A stretch of 64,000 nucleotides of DNA from Pecten maximus (Eukaryota), in assembly GCF_902652985.1 (NCBI RefSeq), contig NC_047023.1, positions 7,750,001 to 7,814,000 of the forward strand. Reading direction: 5' to 3'. Of this stretch, positions 12,592 through 24,925 are shown in pieces. A program made the position numbers and the translations under genes. Below the pieces are notes generated by a model, which had not been told where the DNA came from, searched no databases, and saw nothing but the letters and a program-made list of their open reading frames with translations. How positions within the stretch are numbered: the first letter of the stretch is position 1; each line of letters opens with the position of its first letter.

Positions 12592-13960
12592 TCATTATTG
12601 GTTCCTCGTGCTCTTCTTGTTTGTTTCTCGTGCTAATTGTTGGATCCTCGTGCTGATATTATTGGTTCCTCGTGCTGTTATTGTTAGTTTCTCGTGCTGT
12701 TATTGTTAGTTTCTCGTGCTAATTGTTGGATCCTCGTGCTGTTATTGTTGGGTCCTCGGACTGTTATTGTTGGGTCCTCGGACTGTTATTGTTGGGTCCT
12801 CGGACTGTTATTGTTGATTCCTCGTGCTGTTATTGTTAGTTACTCGTGCTGTTATTGTTGGGTCCTCGGACTGTTATTGTTGATTCCTCGTGCTGTTATT
12901 GTTTGGTCCTCGGACTGTTATTGTTGATTCCTCGTGCTGTTATTGTTGGTTCCTCGTGCTGGTATTGTTGGGTCCTCGGACTGTTATTGTTGATTCCTCG
13001 TGCTGTTATTGTTGGTTCCTCGTGCTGGTATTGTTGGGTCCTCGGACTGTTATTGTTAGTTACTCGTGCTGTTATTGTTGGGTCCTCGGACTGTTGTTGT
13101 TAGTTCCTCGTGCTGTTATTGTTGGTTCCTCGAACTGTTATTGTTAGTTCCTCGTGCTGGTATTGTTGGTTCCTCGGACTGTTATTGTTAGTTCCTCGTG
13201 CTGTTATTGTTAGTTACTCGTGCTGTTATTGTTGGTTCCACATGCTGTTATTTTGATTCCTCGTGCTGTTATTGTTGGGTCCTCGGACTGTTATTGTTGG
13301 GTCCTCGGACTGTTATTGTTAGTTACTCGTGCTGTTATTGTTAGTTCCTCGTGCTGTTATTGTTGGGTCCTCGTGCTGTTATTGTTGGGTCCTCGGACTG
13401 TTATTGTTGGTTCCTCGTGCTGTTATTGTTGGGTCCTCGTGCTGTTATTGTTAGTTCCTCGTGCTGTTATTGTTAGTTACTCGTGCTGTTATTGTTGGTT
13501 ACTCGTGCTGTTATTGTTAGTTCCTCGTGCTGTTATTGTTGGGTCCTCGTGCTGTTATTGTTGGGTCCTCGTGCTGTTATTGTTGGTTACTCGTGCTGTT
13601 ATTGTTAGTTCCTCGTGCTGTTATTGTTGGGTCCTCGTGCTGTTATTGTTGGGTCCTCGTGCTGTTATTGTTGGTTCCTCGTGCTGTTATTGTTAGTTAC
13701 TCGTGCTGTTATTGTTAGTTACTCGTGCTGTTATGTTTGGTTCCACATGCTGTTATTGTTGGTTCCTCGTGCTGGTATTGTTGGTTCCTCGTGCTGTTAT
13801 TGTTGGTTCCTCGTGCTGTTATTGTTGGTTCCTCGTGCTGTTATTGTTAGTTCCTCGTGCTGTTATTGTTGGGTCCTCGTGCTGTTATTGTTGGTTCCTC
13901 GTGCTGTTATTGTTAGTTCCTCGTGCTGTTATTGTTGGGTCCTCGGACTGTTATTGTCGA
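12592..13960. repeat. 22-bp minisatellite, long array (about 60 units)
   Basis: Tandem CTCGTGCTGTTATTGTT(G/A)G(T/G)T(C/A) units; source of the spurious LLLL/CCYC ORFs. Confidence 0.95.
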
Positions 13961-14166
13961 TTACACGGGCTGTACTTGTTTGTTCCTCTTATATATCTTT
14001 ACATGTGCTCCTCGTTTAACAATAGGGATGATTTATTTTTGACGATTCACATTTGATGCCGATGTCTTTACAAAATACCCCTTATCTGACGTCCATGGAA
14101 ATGTCTTTGTGCTTCGACAGGACTAATGTATACTTTGATAAAACATCATGTAACTGTCCTCCGTGT

Positions 14167-17100
14167 CTATGATCCTGTGTTCTGTGTATTACCATTATCG
14201 AGAATGTTCGTCACAACGTTGTTCGCCTGCAATAAATGTTTTCTTGCATTAAAGTATTACCAGTCATATATCAAAATATTTCTATTAGATAAAATGATTC
14301 ATATCATCACAGCTTATATTTGCAGCTTAAATCACCACAGCTTATATTACGATCACTATTGATCACTAGTTTTGATGTTACATTGAGAATATGGAACTTT
14401 GCTACATCCGGCATTCATTGCGATTTTAATCAATTACACAATTTGCCAATGATTTTGGCAGACCATTCAAAATGACGCTGTCCTGTTTTGACGTACAATG
14501 TATATACATTTTTATTGAAATCAACAGAAAAGATCGAACGGTTTCTAAAATATATCACATATATCTCACTCCAATCACAAAATATACCAATATTCTTTAC
14601 ATTGTCTAGTTGTATATTGTCACAACTACACGACACAAGACTCCAACACAACTACACGACACAGCAAGTGGAAGTCTACAGACTCCACCACGACTACACA
14701 ACACAAGACTCCAACACAACTACAAGACACAGCAAGTGGTAAGTCTACAGACTCCAACACAACTACACGCAACAAGACTCCAACACAACTACACGACAAA
14801 GCAAGTGGAAAGTCTTCGGACTCCAACACAACTACTCGAAACAACAAGTGGAAAGTCTACAGACTCCGACACAACTACTCGACACAAGACTCCAAAAAAA
14901 CTACACGACACAGCAAGTGGAAAGTCTATAGACTCCAACACAACTACCCGACACTAAAAGTGGAAAGTCTACAGACTCCAACACAACTACTCGACACTAA
15001 AAGTGGAAAGTCTACAGACTCCAAAAAAACTACTCCACACTAAAAGTGGAAGTCTACAGACTCCAACACAACTACACTACACAGCAAGTGGAAGTCTACG
15101 AACTCCAACACAACTACTCGACACAACAAGTGGAAGTCTACAGACTCCAACACAACTACTCGACACAACAAGTGGAAAGTCTACAGACTCCAACACAACT
15201 ACTCGACACTAAAAGTGGAAGGTCTACAGACTCCAACACAACTACACGACACAGCAACTGAAAGTCTACAGACTCCAACACAACTACACGACACAACAAC
15301 TGAAAGTCTACGAACTCCAACACAACTATACAACACAGCAACTTAAAAGCCCAGTCTACGGACATCCACATAAGTATACTTCCAAGATTGCGGGACGGTA
15401 AACTGTACTCAAATTTACAATTATGGAATATTTCCCGTTAACAAAAATGGTTGCTGGATCTCTATTTCTATATGTCCAGATATATAAACCTTTCTTGTTT
15501 TAAGTAACTTCCTTCCTTATTTATCCACTCCATTTTCTCCCGACAATCTTACCCATACGTAGAAGGTTCCAGCGGCTGGACTACATAGCCGAACAGTATC
15601 TTCGTCATGCTTTTGGATCATGGCCTGAACCGTTGACGCGGTACTTTGCGTCACATGCTGCGCTTGCTTTTCAGGGAATTCCTTGACACGACGAATTACG
15701 GATTTGCGTCCAAGGTTCCTTAGTAGAGCCTGTATGTCCTGCCAGTCCTGCGAACGTTGAATGAACGAAACATACAAATATAGGCAGGTAAGCAAAAGTG
15801 TTTAAAGTGTGAAAACGATGACAAAAGAAAATTACACGGAGGTCTTTGTCCCTACTGACAACTTCCTCCATGACTATAAAATACCCGAACATGTTTCATA
15901 TATACTTTTAACAGCGTCCAACAAGATCATTCGTGAACAGAATGATAATACCATGGTGAGAAAAGCATAAGACAGATTAACTCAAAATTGTTGACGTGAT
16001 AAAAAAACAATAAATAGAAAATATATATCGTTTACTCTTATGCAAATGTGTGTGTAAAATGTCTTTTAGTTTTCCGATGGCCGCATTTAAAGTATACATA
16101 GACAATCTATATATCGACTTTCCTGACATATTTTAAATTTACATGATCATCGGAGGTCAAGGTTTTCCCACATATTGTATTGTTTCATTTTGTTTAAATT
16201 GTTGTTACCTGTAGGTGATCCTTTGGTTCACCAAGAAGTGTGAATGTGGCTACCATCACGTCCATTATGGGAGGCTGAGGTATGTGGTAGCTGTGGAGTT
16301 CGGACACAGTCGGCTGCTTCATGGCCAGTATGTCATGTGCGAAGCGGTTCAGTTTGATCAGCTCGTTCCTAACCTGATCTGCCTGGTCAATCTTTGGTGC
16401 TAGCTCGGTTTTAAAATCCGAGTTCTCTGCATTCTCGATAGCAGTGTCTAAAACTTCAAGATGACGTCTGTTGATGGCATCGTTCAGACCTGTCAAACAA
16501 CCACAGAAAAGGAAACATTAAAGAATATCATAATAGCAAGGGGTTAATGTTATTAGCAATTATAGCAAATCCACAAACACAGACACAACTAAGTATATGG
16601 TTTAACTATATAATGGTTTATCAGCTATATAAAATCAATGCGTACCTTTCTGCAAGCTTAGAAAGTTTTTTCTTGTGAGAGCGACATGCAGGTCACCCTT
16701 ATCAGCTAGATTCATTTTCTCGAACTTAGCAATTGACATTGTTAACTTTTCCAAATCCTTTCCAGTGGCTGTTGTTTTCAGATCATCTCTTGTCTTCCTT
16801 TCCGTCACATTCTGTAAACGATAACAAAACCTAATACATACCGTGTATGATACACCTGTACTATCAACATTAACATTGGGTATATCCAGGTCGTGGTAAT
16901 GTGTAAGAACGCCTGCTACGAGTATGTTAATGACACAGCATCGTGGTAGTCATGATCATTACCAAGACATCACATGTACATGTGTGGTATGGTAGTTCAT
17001 CTCTTTACTTGTACAGTCAGGAATACAGGGATTATAGAATTATAGAATAGAATTACGTCATAACCCTTTTAGAACACTAGTTACTGTAAACGTGGTAATT

Positions 17101-20100
17101 TTCGCGGGACGGGCGGGGGTGGTGTTAATTTCGTGATTTCAATGTGTAAATTATACGCTTGGAGGTAATTTTCGCGATCGAATATAGTTTTGAACAGAAA
17201 TCAGTAAGAGTTGCTTCCCATCGATAAGCTAAAATGACCAAGTGTTTGTGACCCGGGAGCTTAGCTATTACCTGTGTATCTGACAAAATGTGAATGCATA
17301 TCATGGGTTTTGTTATTTTTGCGTATGTCGATATGATATGTATATATCAGTCTATTGTCAATACAATTTAGTTTAGCGTACAGTCCTGTATACAACTTTT
17401 ACGTACGTGATTTCAGACGATATCCACATTTTGAATTATATTTTTATAATAATGCTTATCAATATAAACTGACGAATCTAAAGTATTCAGTTGTTTGTAT
17501 CATAATTTGACTTCTGCGGACTTTGTAAATGCTGCCGATATAAACATTAATATAGCCTTTTTACTGTTCATTTAACGTTTTAGAATTAATTTCACGAGCA
17601 GCGCAAATGCACATGCTACAGTTGTAATATATTTAAGTGTCACCAACTGTAACGAAATGTTTGAAAGTATAGATAAACATATATGTCACATACTGTTTTT
17701 ATTTCGAGATTACTAATTGATATCAAAATAATACGCGTGGGGAAATTAACGCAACCAAAATGATTTAACATTTCCCCCTCGCGTAAATTTCCACGTTTGT
17801 AGTAGCTGAGACATGAAGTAAAATATATAATATATATATATATCCTAATGATACCCATATCAACACAGTAAATTTATCTAGGTACAAATGTGTATCCTAC
17901 CTCACGTCTGTTCCTCTTTTTCTTTTGTTCTGGTGTAGGATCGGTCGATATCAAATAATTACACGCGTTACGTTCTGTGTTTGTGTTCTTGTCCTTGGCA
18001 TGAATCTGTAGAGCATACTCTCCTTCGTCAGGAACGCACACTGCCACATTCAATTTTTTGGTCTTTTTGTTAAATTTTTGAGATACATATGACTCGAGTT
18101 CCTCAGTTGAGGTTTCGTTGTGTACAAGAACTGTCCTTACTGAAACAGTTTTCGAACATGTGAAACTGAAGTTAACTTCCTTTCTGGCTGAAGCCATGAC
18201 GATGCCTGTCTTTTGCGATGGTGATGTTAGTCCTGCATTCACCATTTCGTTACTAGGACCCCAACCAATATGACCGACATTCAAGGGAAGAGCTTTCGTG
18301 CCGCCCTCCGTCACTTCATTGCAGAACAGTTTGAAAGCACAAATCCATACACTATATCCTGAATGCTTCTGGGAATGAATTTCCAGCTTATACACGCCAG
18401 TCACAGGACATCTAACGATGAACTTCCATTGTTCAAAATTCCTCTCATTGACCACATACCTATCGAGTTGCATTTCTGATGGCAAGACCGACATGGATTC
18501 TTCATCGTTAAAGAATAATTCGTACGTTAAAAATCCATCCCATTTCTCATCTAATGCCTTGAATCCAATCGCCACTTCGCCGTTTTTAGAATGTAAACGC
18601 GAGTTGTACCCTGACGTAATCTCTACGTCACGTGAGAAGTAGCTCGTGCGTAGTAAAGGAATACTACAGAATTTCTCAAGTGTAAACGGCTTGTCGATGA
18701 ATTGCCATTCTTGATCCAAAGCCATAGCTATATGAACAAAATCTTCAGGGTCGGGCAGGAAGTAGTATTCATTAAGTTGAACAATATCCACACCTGTCGA
18801 TTTCTTTTCTTTCTCCCGAGCTGCATTTCCTGAAACAACACAATTGTCTTAATGTCAATATCAGTGTATTAATTGTAATGTAGTTACTACTAAATTTCGT
18901 ATTGTAGAATTGAAGATCAGCCTTCTATCTTTAAGAAAACCAGAAATAGAAATATAACACAAGGGCCCAATGGGCCCAAATCGCTCACTTGCAATGCAGT
19001 GATCTTTTCATATATGGATCCTGCAGTTATTTGAAAGCATGTACAGGACCAATGTAATGTCTCTCTGCACTTTGGCTTTTCACTAAAAGTCATTTAAAGA
19101 TTTAAGCATACTTGATCGACGTGACCTTGAATGTGAGTCAAGGTCATTCATTTGAACAAACTTGGTAGCCCTTTACCGCAGCATGCTACAGACCCAATAT
19201 CAACTCCCTGGGACTCTTGGTTATTGAGAAGAAGTCGTTTAAAGATTTTAGCCTTTTGACCCCTGTGACCTTGAATGAAAGTCAAGGTAATTCATTTGCA
19301 CAAACTTGGTAGCCCTTCACCCCAGCATGCTACAGGCCAAATATTAGGTCTCTGGGACTGTTGGTTATCGAGAAGAAGTCGTTTAAAGATTTTAGCCTTT
19401 TTGGCCCCTGTGACCTTGAATGAAGGTCAAGGCCATTCATTTGAACAAACTAGGTAGCCCTTTACCCCAGCATGCTACAGACCCAATATCAACTCCCTGG
19501 GACTCTTGGGTATTGAGAAGAAGTCGTTTAAAGATTTTAGCCTTTTTGACCCCCGTGACCTTGAATGAAGGTCAAGGTCATTCATTTGAACAAACTTGGT
19601 AGCCCTTTACCCCAGCATGCTACAGACCCAATATCAACTCCCTGGGACTCTTGTTATTGAGAAGAAGTCGTTTAAAGATTTTAGCCTTTTTGACTCCTGT
19701 GACCTTGAATGAAAGTCAAGGTCATTCATTTGAACAAACTTGGTAGCTCTTTACCCCAGCATGCTACAGGCCAAATATTAGGTCTCTGGGACTCTTGGTT
19801 ATTGAGAAGAAGTCGTTTAAAGATTTTAGCCTTTTTGACTCCTGTGACCTTGAATGAAGGTCAAGGTCATTCATTTGAACAAACTTGGTAGCCCTTTACC
19901 CCAGCATGCTACAGCCCCAATATCAACTCCCTGGGACTCTTGGTTATTGAGAAGAAGTCGTTTAAATATTTTAGCCTTTTTGACTCCTGTGACCTTGAAT
20001 GAAAGTCAAGGTCATTCATTTGAACAAACTTGGTAGCCCTTTACCCCAGCATGCTACAGCCCCAATATCAACTCCCTGGGACTCTTGGTTATTGAGAAGA

Positions 20101-23100
20101 AGTCGTTTAAAGATTTTAGCCTTTTTGACCCCTGTGACCTTGAATGAAAGTCAAGGTCATTCATTTGAACAAACTAGGTAGCCCTTCACCCCAGCATGCT
20201 ACAGACCCAATATCAACTCCCTGGGACTCTTGGTTATTGAGAAGAAGTCGTTTAAAGATTTTAGCCTTTTTGACCCCCTGTGACCTTGAATGAAGGTCAA
20301 GGTCATTCATTTGAACAAACTTGGTAGCCCTTTACCCCAGCATGCTACAGACCCAATATCAACTCCCTGGGACTCTTGGTTATTGAGAAGAAGTCGTTTA
20401 AAGATTTTAGCCTTTTTGACTCCTGTGACCTTGAATGAAGGTCAAGGTCATTCATTTGAACAAACTTGGTAGCTCTTTACTCCAGCATGCTACAGGCCAA
20501 ATATTAGGTCTCTGGGACTCTTGGTTATTGAGAAGAAGTCGTTTAAAGATTTTAGCCTTTTTGACTCCTGTGACCTTGAATGAAGGTCAAGGTCATTCAT
20601 TTGAACAAACTTGGTAGCCCTTTACCCCAGCATGCTACAGACCCAATATCAACTCCCTGGGACTCTTGGTTATTGAGAAGAAGTCGTTTAAAGATTTTAG
20701 CCTTTTTGACTCCTGTGACCTTGAATGAAAGTCAAGGTCATTCATTTGAACAAACTTGGTAGCCCTTTACCCCAGCATGCTACAGACCCAATATCAACTC
20801 CCTGGGACTCTTGGTTATTGAGAAGAAGTCGTTTAAAGATTTTAGCCTTTTTGACTCCTGTGACCTTGAATGAAAGTCAAGGTCATTCATTTGAACAAAC
20901 TAGGTAGCCCTTCACCCCAGCATGCTACAGACCCAATATCAACTCCCTGGGACTCTTGGTTATTGAGAAGAAGTTGTTTAAAGATTTTAGCCTTTTTGAC
21001 CCCTGTGACCTTGAATGAAGGTCAACATTATTCATTTGAACAAACTTGGTAGCCCTTCACCCCAGCATGCTACAGGCCCAATATTAGGTCTCTGGGCCTT
21101 TTGGTTATTGAGAAGAAGTTGCTTGAATGGAAAGTTGACGCCGGACGGACGACCGGACGACGGACGCCGCGCCACGGCATAAGCTCACTTGCCCTTCGGG
21201 CAGGTGAGCTAACAAGTCTGTATGCCTTCATATCGCTTGCAGCATTTAACGATCTACCAGATAGGTTTGTGGTTGTGTCACAGATCTGGTATGTCCCACA
21301 TAAATCGTGATCTTCATTCATTATCACATTTCCTGTTGTTAAAAGGGACGTGGCCTACGTGATAACTAGGGAGCCCTCCCGACGGATTATCCAGGCTTTC
21401 AAAAATAGAAATACTCCCTAATAGTTACACAGTATGGCTGTTTTTAAACACTGACTAATGCTAAGGGTGAATATCGATCTCGCTCATATTTGACATCTGA
21501 ACTTCATCAGAAGGTTAATAATCAACTATTTGTTGGTGGTTCAAGAGTTTGCTCAATACAGCATTGATCAAAATTTCTAAATACGATTTTGACTTTAGTT
21601 AGGATTGCAGATTTTTGGGCTGATTTTTATTACAACTTCAGTAAAATAAATCGAGAAATATAACTTACAACATAGAGGTTCGAGAGATGCAAGTTGTTGA
21701 CGAGCATGGTATTTATTTCAACCAAGTGTAAAAGTCAAACTTTAACTAAACTTGGTGCATACATCTTAAAACATTCTTTATTTATAAATAATCGTCCAGA
21801 ATGTATAGTTCAGTGATTCTTGAAATGAGTGGTACTGGGAAACTGGACTTTAAAATTTTACGTTTAGTTCAATTTCTCAAATAAGTATCAGTATTATATA
21901 TAAGTCCGACCAAACCTAAAATATACACTAGATGTATTTTGTACGGACATCTCAGCTGAACCTGAACAAAGTATGCATGAATTTAAATGTCAATTTGCTA
22001 TTTGTCAATACAGCAATATTCACATAAGTCTTTAACGTAAATATCGCTATACATAAATCAATTAATCAACTTGTGTCTGTTTGGGTTCATGTTGAGCCCT
22101 ATTTCAACAGTATAGCTCCTTCCTACGTAAGTTTCCATTGACATTTACACGTTAAAAGGCAGTATTTAGCTTAATTTATCCATAGGAAACACTATACAAG
22201 AATTATTGAATATTTTACATTTTTATTCCTTTGTGTTTATTAAGGAATATTTACCATTGTATGGCACTGCCACTATATAACCCTACCAATTCAGTTGCGA
22301 GTTCACCAGCTTATGAACTGCCAACTAAAAAAATCGCACGACAAATTAAAAATCGCAGATGGTAAATATAAGCATTGAACGGCTTTCAGTTGGCATTCAT
22401 AGTCAATATGAATGCCAACTGAAAGCCGTTTAATGCTTAAATATGCCCCGTGTTATAATTATGTCACTGTCCATTTATTTCATGGGAGTTATGTTCCTTG
22501 ACATTAGATAAAGGGGCCCCCTGATTGGTCAATTGTCCTAAGGGAGGGTGGCCTTATTCATTCAATACAGTTGTGTAAATTAAATATAGTTTCCTAGTAA
22601 TATATTTGCAAGGTAAAAAGTTTACCATATCTTAGTAAACAACACATTATTATATATTACACCCTAATCAAAGGTTATTCTGTTGAAGTTTTGTTTCTAT
22701 CAAATGCAAAGTTCACAGATAAAAAATGGTATATACCTTTTGTTTCGACGAGTGTAAATTTGCCGGTACTATGTCCAGCAATGGCGGAGAATGCCCACAT
22801 TGGAAAGACAATCCTCCACTCCCCGTCCACGAATACTCCATTCCACCTGTTTTCTAATGCTTCAACTCTTGTCTCAACATCGCCTACCTCGTACCCCGCG
22901 CTCTTTGCCACACCCCTAATTATCACACAGGGGATGTTTCCTTCCCTAGAAATTTAAATCTGACATAGATTATTCAATAATACCTAAGAGATATATTGCA
23001 GAAATATGTCAAAACGGATTAATTTTAATAATGAAATATAAAATTCCAAGATATTTCTATACCGGAAATGAATTTCTCAAATACCTGCATAATCTAGCGA

Positions 23101-23876
23101 ACAGGTAGGCAAAAGACATGTTGCTTTCCTGTACTTGTCGTAGAATTGAATTCGGACAATCGGTTGGTCCTCCCTGGCTTTTTGTTTTATTTTTGTGTCC
23201 AATCCAGCAGAATACAGCCCTGACCTTCTCAAGGTCAGTCTTTAATCCACTGAGGAGATACTCGTAGAACTCCTTAAAACTCTCGCCGGCAGAGTCAGGT
23301 GCCTTAATCATTTAGAAAGGTAAAGCTTTAATTTACGTTTAACACACTTGATATATATATAACTGTCAATAAATTTAATAAGGAATGTTTATTTCAATGA
23401 GATCTGTCTTAAAAATTTGTTTGCGTATATTTTCATCTACATTTGCGGCATTTCTGTAACTCATATAAATAAATAAATAAAGTACATGTTTCTTACCTCA
23501 ACAAGAAAATAAACGGTCTGACAGGTCAACCTGTATTGTGTATTCATTGTCTTAATCTCCCGTACTCGATCTAATTGTTTTCTAGGTATATATATTAATT
23601 CATTGTATAATGTATGTATGTCTGTCTGTCTGGATGTCTGGATGTCTGTCTGGATGTCTGGATGTCTGTCTGGATGTCTGGATGTCTGTCTGTCTGTCTG
23701 GATGGATGTTAGATAATCGGGGAAAAGGAAGTAGCAAAATCCCATTTAATATATATACTTACTTGCATCGCTCTTTCCTCGATACTGGCATACTCGGACT
23801 TGTTAAAAATAGTAACTTTTTTTGTTCGAGGTGGTTTTGGTAGGGGATACCCATCAGGAATAAAGGGGAAATCAGC
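14167..23876 (-). CDS. Gene A: KY/Hillarin/LTD-1-like transglutaminase-fold protein (catalytically dead) with a C-terminal dynein-MTBD-like domain; first coding exon not found
   Basis: GT-AG exons join in frame: 23876-23763 (ADFPFIPDGYPLPKPP), 23302-23085 (TDLEKVRAVFCWI...SFAYLFARLC), 22945-22737 (IPCVIIRGVAKSAGYEVG...WNGVFVDGEWRIV), 18829-17901 (NEYYFLPDP...GVYKLEI...GEYALQIHA...NYLI), 16811-16646, 16489-16209, 15747-15553, 14226-14167 (ANNVVTNILDNGNTQNTGS*). Confidence 0.85.
14620..15345. repeat. ~42-43-bp minisatellite (AGACTCCAACACAACTACACGACACAGCAAGTGGAAAGTCTAC) in the last intron of gene A
   Basis: Direct tandem units with internal ~23-bp sub-repeats. Confidence 0.9.
17084..17802. mobile_element. 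MITE / non-autonomous DNA transposon with TA target-site duplication
   Basis: TA|CTGTAAACGTGGTAATTTTCGCG ... CGCGTAAATTTCCACGTTTGTAG|TA; imperfect ~23-bp TIRs plus internal TTTCGCG sub-repeats. Confidence 0.75.
18956..21212 (-). mobile_element. Non-autonomous Helentron-associated element (HINE / pearl-like) with ~14 tandem 145-bp core repeats
   Basis: - strand 5' end TTAGCTCACCTGCCCGAAGGGCAAGTGAGCT (inverted repeat), then a CGTC microsatellite, a 145-bp array (~19092-21120; ORF spacing 145), and a 3' end CAAGTGAGCG...GGGCCCATTGGGCCC-TTGTGTT palindrome. Confidence 0.85.
22369..22439. repeat. Near-perfect intronic hairpin (~32-bp arms, 5-nt loop)
   Basis: AAGCATTGAACGGCTTTCAGTTGGCATTCATA-GTCAA-TATGAATGCCAACTGAAAGCCGTTTAATGCTT. 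Confidence 0.85.
23610..23708. repeat. Compound TCTG/GATG microsatellite
   Basis: (TGTC)n and GGATGTCT units. Confidence 0.85.
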
Positions 23877-24714
23877 CTGAAACATTGGACCGACACATGA
23901 ACATCAATTGGAAAATGTATAATGTTTAACTTTATCAAGGGAACTAGGGATTCCGCCGACAGGATAGAGACAAGAACGAAAGAAAAAGAAAAGAAAAGTG
24001 AGCTTAGTTGCAACCAATTGTGTATATATACATAGGCCTACAAACTAAAATATAGATAGCTAATTGCTCTATATCCTTTATATGAGATATTCTAAAATAA
24101 TAATTGTCGCGTTATATTTCGACAGATTATTTAAATGTACACTTTTCGTCCTAAAATGATCGAAATAGAGTGTTTATTCGGATAACCCTCCCATGTTTGA
24201 TTTCAGTGTAAAATACCAAGGTACGTGGGGTAGTCCATACGGTGTATATACCAATCATAAAGCTACCAGCTTTACTCAAGAATTTCAACTCCTATCGGGG
24301 ATAAAAACAAATCGCTATTCAAATCGATGATTCATATGTGTTGAGCGATAAATATATTAGCTTTGTTGTTTAAATAATGTGTTGCTGCATGCAATAAATT
24401 TCAGCAAAATCATGACAGATCAACATTTAAAAAACTACAGGTTTATTGCAAATGAATGCCATAAAACGTTGTTTATATATTCGTGTGTGGATTGCCTCAT
24501 ATATGTTTATGAGGTAACGAAAAACTCGTAAATCATGATTTCGTGGTACACGTACTTAGTACTACTGTCAAAATGAACATTTATTATCGTGATCTTATTG
24601 AATGTCTGAACAAGTATCGGTTGTAGATTGGGAACTGATCTGAATGAAATTATATTTTGCATAAAAATAAAGTTCAGTGTTATTATGCATCTACCGCCTA
24701 GATATGTCAATACA

Positions 24715-24925
24715 GGGTGGTTGGGTGTGACAATGGTAACACTCTTGCCTTTCATCTAGACAGCCGGGGTTCGATTCCCAATCAGATGTGGTAAGACATT
24801 GTGTTTCACCTGCTCGAACGCGTGGGCTTTTTCTCATGTGTCCGATTCCCTCCCACACTAACCATCCCCGTGCGCATCCCCCGGGCCAACACGTGTGATA
24901 TATATAAGTTCGCAGTTGGTGTATT
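24715..24925 (+). mobile_element. tRNA-derived SINE, V-domain-like
   Basis: A-box-like GTGTGACAATGG, B box GGTTCGATTCC, then GTGGGCTTTTTCTC...TCCGATTCCCTCCCACAC resembling the V-SINE core (recalled consensus GGGTTTTCTCCGGGTACTCCGGTTTCCTCCCAC). Confidence 0.6.

Larger units (their letters stand above)
5178..12965. repeat. ~3.89-kb direct tandem duplication (unit 1 ~5178-9077, unit 2 ~9078-12965)
   Basis: Identical ORFs at offsets of 3887-3888 (5752/9640, 6688/10576, 7138/11025, 8807/12694); the junction lies at the end of a 22-bp satellite block. Confidence 0.95.

Noticed and set aside
8705-15371. Leu/Cys-rich and Thr/Gln-rich ORFs
   Set aside because: They are translations of the 22-bp and ~43-bp minisatellites in several frames.
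19275-21052. Repeated 60-aa ORFs that look like a peptide array or CRISPR-like array
   Set aside because: The 145-bp units have no unique spacers, the period is not a multiple of 3, and the array is the core of a HINE element in eukaryotic DNA.
24715-24790. Possible tRNA gene
   Set aside because: A and B boxes are present but there is no convincing cloverleaf, and it continues into a SINE body.
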